Source: a virus (taxonomy: Duplodnaviria > Caudoviricetes). From it: a DNA stretch of 64,000 nucleotides. The first letter of the stretch is position 1. Each line of letters begins with the position of its first letter. Position numbers and translations under genes: made by a program. The DNA lies in the IMG/VR virus record IMGVR_UViG_3300032236_001024, positions 138,142 through 202,141 of that record; one strand, written 5' to 3'. A model generated the notes under the pieces. That model searched no databases and was not told the DNA's origin. It was given only the letters and a program-made list of their open reading frames with translations. This document shows positions 25,709-33,713 of this stretch, piece by piece.

Positions 25709-26678
25709 GAAATTTGTAGATGATAAAAATAATGTTCCTGCGGTATTAATTTCTCAGGGTAAGCATTCTATTCCTCGTGATTCAAAAGAAAAAGAAGTAC
25801 CATCATTGATGAACATGCATGGTGGACATGCTAGAGACCCAAAAGACAATGTTCCATCATTAATGAATATGCATGGTGGTCATGCAAGAAAACCTGATAA
25901 GAAACTTAAAAAAGAAGAATGGGATACCAAAAAAGGTGAGTGGACAGGTGATGCAGCTAAACATGGTGCAAATAATTCAACACTTAAACATGCGGACTAT
26001 GCATCTGAACATCAAGATAAGATGGATAATAATGCAAATCCTCATATAGGTAGCAATACACATGAAGTTCAAAGCGAGTTAGAAACTCGTCATGATATGA
26101 GTAAACTAGAACCTAATGAAAGAGCAGCTTTAGGACATTATAGCAGTTCTAGTTTTTATTTAAACCGTGATTTACATGATGCTCGTGCTGAAGGTAGAGG
26201 ACCAAGCCCAGAACATAAAGAACAAACAGAACATCTTGACTCAGCTTTAAAAAAACAAAAACTTTCTTACCCACTCACTGTTCATCATGGTGCATATGCT
26301 GATATTGGTAAGGAAGCTGCTAAAACTTCATCAAGAGAAGTTCATGTTCCTTCATATACATCAACATCAATTAAACCTTCTGTAGCAATGAGATTTTCTA
26401 ATATTCATCATGATCCACAAACAGGTAAAAGTGTGACTCATGTTCTTAGAATTCATCTTCCAAAAGGTCATCATGGAATTTATCTTGGTACACGTTCACA
26501 ATTTTCAAATGAACATGAATTTCTTATGCCAAGAAATACTAGACTTAGAGTAGCTCAACACCCAGAAATTCATCCACATCGTCATGATAAAGATACTGAA
26601 GTTCATGTATGGGATGCTCATCCTGTTGAACATCATGAAGACGATCATGGTCAAAAGAGTTTTGATTTCAATAAGTAA
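25695..26678 (+). CDS. ADP-ribosyltransferase (VIP2/Alt-like) paralog 2
   Basis: LTVHHG, YTSTSI, IHLPKG, EHEFLMPR; N-term MKTFKKFVDD. Confidence 0.8.
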   Translation: MKTFKKFVDDKNNVPAVLISQGKHSIPRDSKEKEVPSLMNMHGGHARDPKDNVPSLMNMHGGHARKPDKKLKKEEWDTKKGEWTGDAAKHGANNSTLKHADYASEHQDKMDNNANPHIGSNTHEVQSELETRHDMSKLEPNERAALGHYSSSSFYLNRDLHDARAEGRGPSPEHKEQTEHLDSALKKQKLSYPLTVHHGAYADIGKEAAKTSSREVHVPSYTSTSIKPSVAMRFSNIHHDPQTGKSVTHVLRIHLPKGHHGIYLGTRSQFSNEHEFLMPRNTRLRVAQHPEIHPHRHDKDTEVHVWDAHPVEHHEDDHGQKSFDFNK

Positions 26679-26681
26679 TTA

Positions 26682-26702
26682 GTGGGGGTCTAGTGCCCCC
26701 AC
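26682..26702. terminator. hairpin between convergent genes
   Basis: GTGGGGG / CCCCCAC inverted repeat. Confidence 0.55.
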
Positions 26703-27016
26703 CTATCTTCATTACGTTGATAATCATAATGAAGACCCCAGAAATTAGCATAAAGATCATGTAGATCATAATCATTGACACTATTCTTAAAATTATCATA
26801 CTTTATATTCATGATTGAATCAGCAACAAGCTTTGCAAATTCTTCCTTTGAACAGAAAACACGATAATTATAATCGGTAGAACCACCAACGATAATTTCC
26901 TTATCAGGAAAAATGTTTTCAATATCTTTCCTACGCCTTGCACGAACAACTAGACCATTAGGATCAGCACGATCCTGAACCGCAGAACAAAACCCATCAT
27001 TAAAGCAGAACCACAT
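26690..27016 (-). CDS. hypothetical phage protein
   Basis: 108-aa ORF, MWFCFNDGFCSAV...VRARR...TDYNYR. Confidence 0.65.
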   Translation of the reverse strand: MWFCFNDGFCSAVQDRADPNGLVVRARRRKDIENIFPDKEIIVGGSTDYNYRVFCSKEEFAKLVADSIMNIKYDNFKNSVNDYDLHDLYANFWGLHYDYQRNEDRWGH

Positions 27017-27019
27017 TTT

Positions 27020-28399
27020 TCACTCCTTATATGTGTCTAGCAACTTCTTTTTTCTCTCCATGAAATTCTTGTGCAAGTCTTGCCAATTAGAAAGTCCAGA
27101 GTTTTTAAAAAGGCTATGAACGTGAGTATCGTCCATCTTCCTTACACTGTCAAGTCCTTTTTTCTCAGCTTCCGGATGTTGTGCAAAAACACTTTTAAAC
27201 ACATGACCAGATGCTTGATTGTTGTCTCTCAATGATTGATGTTCGCCAATATCAGGACCATAATCTTTATGACCACCTCTGGCTCTGAATTCGAATGATC
27301 CGCCATGATCAATAGCATGAAGATCACCATTCTTGTGCTTCATAATATTATCGTGTTCCAAACCAACAATATCCCAATTCTTAGTCAATGTAGCAGCATG
27401 ATACATCTTACCAATATGATGTGCTTGCTCTGGAGTTGTATCATTAAACTCTCTTGGTTTCATTGATTTTAAATCAGGATTGTATTTCGTAACAATAGCA
27501 TGTCTACCATTGATCATTTCATGCTTTGGTTGAAGAGTATGAATACCCATATGATGATATATTTGACCAGTCAAAGCTTCTGACTTTGCCTGATCTCCAT
27601 TATTGTAGTATTTTATATAATACTTTTTACCATTTTTGTCAGTATGAATTCCACCTTCATTGGAACCCATCTGTGTTCCTCCTTCTGGTGTATATGTAGT
27701 ATCTTCTTTGAAATAGATATCATATGTACTTTCAACAAAGAAACTCTCATGCATTGAGACTTGTGAAGGCGCATCACCTTTTCTCTTTGGTGCAGTTTCA
27801 GGTGTGTGATATTCAATCTTTCCACGAAGATAAGCACGATGCCCATGCAATGTAACTTCTTCTGCAGAACGAATAGCTCGACCTTTTTCATCAACAAAAA
27901 GATGATGACGCTTTGGATTGAAGCCAGCAACAACACCATTGAAGTTGTGTGATGCATCATGATACTCACCATCTACTGATGCCATAGGAAACTTGTTTTG
28001 TGTTCCAGTAGCAATAGCTTCACGCCCTTTTTGATGAACATTGAAGTGAGCATTACGAAGAGTCACAACATGACCATATTGTTGTGCTTCACCACCATAG
28101 AAACCTCTACCCTGACGATACCCACTCTTGTTAGTGGGTTTATGCATCGTTAAAACAGGAACACCAGTGTTGTTCAAAACATTGATGTTAAGACGAACTC
28201 CAGTGAGATCACCGTTTTTCTTCTTGATACCCTTAGCCATAATACGCTTAGAGGTTGTGTCAGTGTTCAAAGCTTTCTGAACTTCATCATCAGAATGAAG
28301 TTTTCCTTCTGGTGCAGAACGATTTTTATACAAAGGACTTTCTTCTGCTTGAACAATTTTTCCTTGTCTTTCTTCTAAGAAGAGTTTAAACGATTTCAT
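27020..28399 (-). CDS. two-domain protein: unknown N-domain + atypical (HipA/PI3K-like) kinase
   Basis: MKSFKLFLEE start; GSNEGG, YYIK, SEAL, NWDIVGLEHDNI, IDHGG. Confidence 0.6.
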   Translation of the reverse strand: MKSFKLFLEERQGKIVQAEESPLYKNRSAPEGKLHSDDEVQKALNTDTTSKRIMAKGIKKKNGDLTGVRLNINVLNNTGVPVLTMHKPTNKSGYRQGRGFYGGEAQQYGHVVTLRNAHFNVHQKGREAIATGTQNKFPMASVDGEYHDASHNFNGVVAGFNPKRHHLFVDEKGRAIRSAEEVTLHGHRAYLRGKIEYHTPETAPKRKGDAPSQVSMHESFFVESTYDIYFKEDTTYTPEGGTQMGSNEGGIHTDKNGKKYYIKYYNNGDQAKSEALTGQIYHHMGIHTLQPKHEMINGRHAIVTKYNPDLKSMKPREFNDTTPEQAHHIGKMYHAATLTKNWDIVGLEHDNIMKHKNGDLHAIDHGGSFEFRARGGHKDYGPDIGEHQSLRDNNQASGHVFKSVFAQHPEAEKKGLDSVRKMDDTHVHSLFKNSGLSNWQDLHKNFMERKKKLLDTYKE

Positions 28400-28430
28400 G
28401 GTAGTCAGGCTCCTTAATATTATTGAATAT

Positions 28431-28952
28431 TTAGGTCTTTGTTAATTTGACCTGAAGACATTCAGTTATAGGAACCTGACGTACATACTCACCTTCCGCC
28501 TTACGGTTTGACCAAGGCTTCAAAGGATATTCAAGAATTTTACGACTATCAATCACAACAGCCCTTGTGCATTCTTTGTTTAGTTGAACGTATGACACGC
28601 CATACTTTTCATGAAGCTTGAAAGGAATTTTCTTGGTGAAGCTTTTCTCACGCCTCCACTGATGATCTTTGCGTTCGATGCAGTTGATCTCACGGAAAGG
28701 AAACTTGATATCACCTTGCCAGTTACCATGACGAACCTCAATCTCCCAGCAATGAACAACTTCATCCTTATCATTCAACGTCAGAAGATCGATACCATGA
28801 GCATTGGGATTATCGATGGTACGAAACTTGTCAAACTTTTTATTGAGGAATTCCTTCATGGCGTCACGCCCAAGCTGGTCATACTGAATGTGGTCAGCAC
28901 GATCAAACTTCTTGATTACCCCAACCATCCCACGCCGTTCTGCTTCGCTCAT
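28431..28952 (-). CDS. PD-(D/E)xK nuclease-like protein
   Basis: GIDLLTL...WEIEVR acidic motif. Confidence 0.5.
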   Translation of the reverse strand: MSEAERRGMVGVIKKFDRADHIQYDQLGRDAMKEFLNKKFDKFRTIDNPNAHGIDLLTLNDKDEVVHCWEIEVRHGNWQGDIKFPFREINCIERKDHQWRREKSFTKKIPFKLHEKYGVSYVQLNKECTRAVVIDSRKILEYPLKPWSNRKAEGEYVRQVPITECLQVKLTKT

Positions 28953-28984
28953 GATCGCCTCCTGTACCTATTTTATACCACACA

Positions 28985-29797
28985 TCAAAGACTATTGCAA
29001 TAGTCAAATGCAGCCTTAAATGTAACATTTTCTGTAAGATTGTATGCTTGTTTTGCTAAATGACAATGTTCACTTTCATACCATTCAGGGTCCATCAAAA
29101 AATGAGTTCCCCTATTTTCTTGAGCATCTCTTTTATTAATTCTTTTACCAAATTGCTCAATTCTTTTTGTCATGTTTTCATTCCAAGGACAAAATTTGTA
29201 TTTCAATGTGAAAATACTATCTGATGTTATCATACCAGTATTATTATGCAATGCATGTCTTCCTATTGAATAACACCCACTACTCATATTATGATAATAT
29301 CTACTATACAATATATAATACAAATCATTTGTCAAACCAGAATTGACATCATTTGCTGTATAATTGTTTATCATACCATGATGTTTTTGCTCTATTAATG
29401 ATTTAGAATGTGTTGGCAAATCTTTTAAATTTTCATCTACCATGCATACTGCATGTGTCTTCAAATAATTTGCATTATTTTTTTGCATATAATCATTAAC
29501 ATCATTCAATGACATGGATGTTAAAAGAAATTCGCCTACAGTGAGAGCTATCTTAAATCCTTCAACTGTAGTTTCATGTTCTTTAACTTCATTATCAATT
29601 GCTTGAGCATCAAAATCATTAGTAGTTGTATCGACAATCTTCCAATTAGAAGGACATAGTTCTTTGCATATCTCTAATGATCTATCTGTTGAATTATGAT
29701 TGATCATGATACCATAATCAAACAACTTTTTGTGATGATTAATCCACCATGGTAAAAGATATTCTTCATTATAGAAGTGTGTGATGACTGTATTCAT
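28985..29797 (-). CDS. GT2-like glycosyltransferase paralog C
   Basis: MNTVITHFYNEEYLLPWW, STDRS; start trimmed to the conserved Met. Confidence 0.65.
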   Translation of the reverse strand: MNTVITHFYNEEYLLPWWINHHKKLFDYGIMINHNSTDRSLEICKELCPSNWKIVDTTTNDFDAQAIDNEVKEHETTVEGFKIALTVGEFLLTSMSLNDVNDYMQKNNANYLKTHAVCMVDENLKDLPTHSKSLIEQKHHGMINNYTANDVNSGLTNDLYYILYSRYYHNMSSGCYSIGRHALHNNTGMITSDSIFTLKYKFCPWNENMTKRIEQFGKRINKRDAQENRGTHFLMDPEWYESEHCHLAKQAYNLTENVTFKAAFDYCNSL

Positions 29798-30594
29798 ATG
29801 TAACTCATACAATAATTGTGAGCGTTTAAAAACGATATATCAGTTCTAAGATCATAAGCATATTGTGAATAATGTATATGATTTTTATCAATATCTTCTA
29901 ATGATACTAAATGAGTGTTGCCTCTACCTTGATTTAAATCAGATTGTGGTACTCTTTCACCAATTTGAAGCATTCTTTTTTTAAGATTTTCATTCCAAGG
30001 TGAATATTTATATTTTAAAGTAAAAACATTTGTTACTCCAGAATGAATCATATCATGAACCATGTGTCTTCCTGGGGTATATTTTCCAAATGGCTGATTG
30101 TGATAAAATCTTCCGTATACCAATTTAAAATTTTCATTCCATCCATAAATTGTTGGGCAATCTTCAATCACGCCATGATATTTTTGAAAAAAAAGAGGAT
30201 AATCATATGATGGTAATTCATCTGAATACATATCAACCATACGCACACCAATTGTTTTTATACATTGCACGTTAAAATGTTTCATATAATCATTTAAATT
30301 ATTTAATGATATTGGAGTTAGAAAAAATTCTGTGGTGGTTAAAGCTATTTTAAATCCTTCTACAGAATTTTCATGAAACTTTACTTCCATATCACATTTT
30401 TCAGCATCAAAATTTTCATTGATACTATTAACAATCTTCCAATGTGGAGGACACAATTCTTTACAAATTTCTAATGATCTGTCTGTAGAATGATAATTGA
30501 TCATGATACCATAATCAAATAATCTTCTATGATGTTTGATCCACCAAGGTAAAAGATATTCTTCATTATAGAAGTGTGTGATGACTGTATTCAT
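29794..30594 (-). CDS. GT2-like glycosyltransferase paralog B
   Basis: Same N-terminus; start trimmed to the conserved Met. Confidence 0.65.
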   Translation of the reverse strand: MNTVITHFYNEEYLLPWWIKHHRRLFDYGIMINYHSTDRSLEICKELCPPHWKIVNSINENFDAEKCDMEVKFHENSVEGFKIALTTTEFFLTPISLNNLNDYMKHFNVQCIKTIGVRMVDMYSDELPSYDYPLFFQKYHGVIEDCPTIYGWNENFKLVYGRFYHNQPFGKYTPGRHMVHDMIHSGVTNVFTLKYKYSPWNENLKKRMLQIGERVPQSDLNQGRGNTHLVSLEDIDKNHIHYSQYAYDLRTDISFLNAHNYCMSYI

Positions 30595-30595
30595 T

Positions 30596-31387
30596 TTACA
30601 ATCTCCTACAATATTCAAACGCTGCATTAAATGAATGATCGTCTCTTAAATCATGAGATAAATTTAAGAAATGTTTATACCATCCATTATGATCTTGCGC
30701 CGAATGTAGTGGATAATCTGAAGAAGCGTCTCTTACCTTAGATTCATATTTTAAAATTCTATCAATCGAAATATCATTCCATGGTGAATACTTATATTTC
30801 AATACAAAAACATTATTGACATGCATAACATTATCACAATCTACCAGATTATGTCTTCCCGGCGAATACTTTCCAAATCTGTTATTATGATAGTATCTAC
30901 CAAAATTGTGATTCCATGCATCAGGCAACCATGGTTGATTTGGATCAACATAATTTCTAATTACGCCATGATGCTTTTGTACAAACAATGGTAAACCATG
31001 CGATGGTAAATTGTTTGTATCATTATCTACCATACATACACCAGTTGTCTTTAAGTAGTTTATATTATTATCAATGATAAATTTATTGATATCATTTAAC
31101 GGACATGGTGGTAATAAAAATTCAGTGACAGTAAGAGCTATCTTAAATCCTTCAACTGTGCTTTCATGATATTTAACTTCTAAATCATTTGTTGAAGATA
31201 AAAAAACTTCGTTTATCGTATCAACAATTTTCCAATGTGGAGGACATAATTCTCTGCATATCTCTACAGAACGATCAGTAGAATCGTAATTAATCATAAT
31301 ACCATGATCAAATATTTTCTTATGATGATCAATCCACCATGCAAGCATATACTCTTCATTATAGAAGTGTGTGATAACTGTATTCAT
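30596..31387 (-). CDS. GT2-like glycosyltransferase paralog A
   Basis: Same N-terminus; start trimmed to the conserved Met. Confidence 0.65.
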   Translation of the reverse strand: MNTVITHFYNEEYMLAWWIDHHKKIFDHGIMINYDSTDRSVEICRELCPPHWKIVDTINEVFLSSTNDLEVKYHESTVEGFKIALTVTEFLLPPCPLNDINKFIIDNNINYLKTTGVCMVDNDTNNLPSHGLPLFVQKHHGVIRNYVDPNQPWLPDAWNHNFGRYYHNNRFGKYSPGRHNLVDCDNVMHVNNVFVLKYKYSPWNDISIDRILKYESKVRDASSDYPLHSAQDHNGWYKHFLNLSHDLRDDHSFNAAFEYCRRL

Positions 31388-31411
31388 AACCAACTCCAAT
31401 ATTATATTGGT

Positions 31412-31419
31412 TATTTATA
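31412..31419 (-). promoter_or_regulatory. T4-type late promoter TATAAATA
   Basis: Exact match ~25 nt upstream of the GT triplet. Confidence 0.7.
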
Positions 31420-31420
31420 A

Positions 31421-31498
31421 TGGTCCTCTGTATCGGATTTGAACCGATGATCTTCACGCTTGAAAGGCGGATATGTTTGACCGCTACACTAACAGAGG
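31421..31498 (-). tRNA. tRNA-Glu(UUC)
   Basis: Loop CT-TTC-AA, CCTCTGT/ACAGAGG acceptor, CCA; weak anticodon stem. Confidence 0.85.
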
Positions 31499-31503
31499 AT
31501 ATA

Positions 31504-31593
31504 TGGCGGAAGAGGTAGGATTCGAACCCACGATACCCGTTAAGGTATGCTAGTTTTCAAGACTAGAGCCATCAACCACTCGGCCACTCTTCC
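31504..31593 (-). tRNA. tRNA-Ser(UGA), second copy
   Basis: CTAGT-CT-TGA-AA-ACTAG, long variable arm, G73, CCA. Confidence 0.95.
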
Positions 31594-31597
31594 ATAT

Positions 31598-31674
31598 TGG
31601 TCTTGGCGGAGAGATTCGAACTCCCGACCCTCTGGACCCAAACCAGATGCGCTACCAGACTGCGCTACGCCAAG
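31598..31674 (-). tRNA. tRNA-Pro(UGG)
   Basis: TCTGG-TT-TGG-GT-CCAGA, C1-G72, CCA. Confidence 0.95.
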
Positions 31675-31683
31675 TTATTCTTT

Positions 31684-31760
31684 TGGTTGGGACAGATGGA
31701 CTCAAACCATCGACCTCACGATTATCAGTCGTACGCTCTAATCAACTGAGCTATGCCCCA
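31684..31760 (-). tRNA. tRNA-Ile(GAU)
   Basis: TACGA-CT-GAT-AA-TCGTG, CCA. Confidence 0.93.
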
Positions 31761-32149
31761 ATTAAACCTGAATATTTGTGTCTTTCTCTATTACCTTTAC
31801 CCTTGTTTAAGGCTTTCCATGTCTCAGTAAGAGAATGACAATTCGGACACAAAACTTTTAAATTTTCTTTTTTACAGTTCGAACAATCACCATCGATATG
31901 ATCGATTTCTAATGGAGAATTTCCTGTTTTTGGATTAATTTTATTCCAGCCACATTCTACACACTGAAAATTTGATTGTTCTAACATATATTTTCTTACA
32001 GCTGTTTTAATTCTATATCCAACTTTGTATCCATGATCTGATCCTTTTAACCAATTTTCTACAACATCACGAGATTTTTTATCTCCTTGACATTTATTAC
32101 TACAATATTTTCCAGTTTTTATTTCTGTTTTACAATTTAAGCAGTGCAT
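31751..32149 (-). CDS. HNH endonuclease (free-standing, in tRNA cluster)
   Basis: CxxC/CSNKC Zn motifs, LEIDHIDGDCSNCKKENLKVLCPNCH; own TATAAATA at 32181-32188. Confidence 0.88.
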   Translation of the reverse strand: MHCLNCKTEIKTGKYCSNKCQGDKKSRDVVENWLKGSDHGYKVGYRIKTAVRKYMLEQSNFQCVECGWNKINPKTGNSPLEIDHIDGDCSNCKKENLKVLCPNCHSLTETWKALNKGKGNRERHKYSGLIGA

Positions 32150-32191
32150 CTAAACCTCCGAGTTTACAGCCTTCTGCTTTTATTTATAAAA

Positions 32192-32267
32192 TGGTAGACC
32201 CTCCGGGGCTCGAACCCGGGACAATTCGATTAAAAGTCGAGTACTCTACCTACTGAGCTAAGGGTCC
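32192..32267 (-). tRNA. tRNA-Lys(UUU)
   Basis: TCGA-CT-TTT-AA-TCGA, CCA. Confidence 0.95.
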
Positions 32268-32274
32268 AAACTTA

Positions 32275-32461
32275 TTAGGAGTGATGTTATGTTATGGATA
32301 TGGATAGACCGCCATATCGTTCGCTTTACTCTGCAATCTTATTTCAGGTCATGACTCCTATTTCGATTGCAACTCAGTTTATGCCGTGCCTGCAGGACAG
32401 AGAGCTTTAGGGACTGTGCGCTGCCCAGGAACACTGGGATTTTCCATAACACCACACCTAA
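32275..32461 (-). ncRNA. candidate 187-nt structured RNA
   Basis: 5' TTAGGTGTGGTGTTATG pairs with 3' CATAACATCACTCCTAA (16 of 17 positions); internal CCCAG/CTGGG, TGCAATC/GATTGCA, ATATGG/CCATAT helices. Confidence 0.55.
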
Positions 32462-32464
32462 CAA

Positions 32465-32580
32465 GTTGTTTCTACAAAGAAGTACCGTTCTGTATAGGAT
32501 TTGCACCTATCTTTCACCCGACTCCGCAGATGTGTCCTAACTTATAGACGAACAAAACGATACTCCTTTGAAGAAACAAC
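32465..32580 (-). ncRNA. tRNA-like cloverleaf on an extended ~29-bp stem
   Basis: GTTGTTTCT.CAAAGGAGTATCGTTTTGT pairs with ACAGAACGGTACTTCTTTG.AGAAACAAC; inside D-like GTCT/GGAC, CATCT/GGGTG arm, ATAGG-TGCAAAT-CCTAT T-like arm. Confidence 0.65.
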
Positions 32581-32696
32581 CGTTACACCCACGATGGGGT
32601 AAGAATCCCTACTCAGAGAGTACGAATCCCCGATGTTTCTCGTTCCAACAATGTCAAACAGCGTATGATGTACAATACCCCACTCCCATATCCGTG

Positions 32697-33314
32697 TCAA
32701 CTACTATTTTTAGGATATGGCATTATTTTATATTTCAAACTTTGTAACAACTCTTTCTTTCTTTTCCCCTTAGCATTCAAAAACACATACCTGTGTTTTC
32801 TTGGTCTAGGTTTGAGAGAGAACTTGTCGCCATAAAGTTCTTTCAATTCCTGTGATGAGTATTTATCTGCAATTGTCTGACAATGCCTATCAATACCATC
32901 AACAACCCAATTCGTTCTCTTAGCAGATAGTCCTGTATAATACCAGTTTGTTGCCTGATACACAATACCTAAATGCCCTTGTTCTATCTCAGCATATGAT
33001 ACAACAATCTCCTTACCACATTGTTTGATTGTATTCCCTATCAAGAAACTTTCACCATTCCTTGGTACTGAATCACAAACCCACAACCTAGTAAGTTCTA
33101 CTACATTGTTTACATTATCATCACCAGCAATTCCTCTCCTTAGAGGCGCAGATGATGGTGTACCATATACTACAACACCTTTGCATTCATCATCCAGAAA
33201 CAATCCAAATGCAACACTACAAGGTGCTTTTCTATGAAGATAATGCTTCTCAACAATTATCTTCATAGCAGTGTGATAATCAATCCTCTTGATACAGTAG
33301 TTCTCAAGAGCCAT
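32697..33314 (-). CDS. Mom-like (GNAT-fold) DNA modification protein
   Basis: HYLHR, GVVVYG, ELTRLWV, RNGESFLIG, VSYAE, GIVYQATNW.YTG. Confidence 0.78.
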   Translation of the reverse strand: MALENYCIKRIDYHTAMKIIVEKHYLHRKAPCSVAFGLFLDDECKGVVVYGTPSSAPLRRGIAGDDNVNNVVELTRLWVCDSVPRNGESFLIGNTIKQCGKEIVVSYAEIEQGHLGIVYQATNWYYTGLSAKRTNWVVDGIDRHCQTIADKYSSQELKELYGDKFSLKPRPRKHRYVFLNAKGKRKKELLQSLKYKIMPYPKNSS

Positions 33315-33426
33315 GATTATTCAAAACAAATGATCTTGAATCGTGTATTATCGACCCAATATCCTACAACCCACTTACCCAACTCGACACTATAAGTCTT
33401 GATGATCTTTTCCATTTCACTCTCCA

Positions 33427-33615
33427 TCAATACAACAAAGTTTCTTTCCTGAGATAATCAGGAGTTGTTTCTCTAACATACTCTTGGATATCTTTCAATA
33501 CGTCTTCCTCATCCTCTGGGATCAATACAACATCCATATAGTTAGCGTTGTATTTTACAGCCTCATACGTAGATGGCTGGTAGGAAGGTTTTCTTTTACT
33601 ATCTTTTGGAGTCAT
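33427..33615 (-). CDS. small hypothetical protein
   Basis: 62-aa ORF downstream of a TTGACA promoter. Confidence 0.5.
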   Translation of the reverse strand: MTPKDSKRKPSYQPSTYEAVKYNANYMDVVLIPEDEEDVLKDIQEYVRETTPDYLRKETLLY

Positions 33616-33713
33616 CTATTTATATCCTTTCAATCAGACATGGCTAGTATACAGGATAAAAAAAGCTTGTCAAGAAAAAAATCTCACTTTTTAGGGTGAG
33701 ATTTGTATTTTTT

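Noticed and set aside
28985-31387. Diversity-generating retroelement (TR/VR) in the GT triplet
   Set aside because: No reverse transcriptase in the window; the repeats are at 5' ends of full paralogs and differences are not adenine-restricted.
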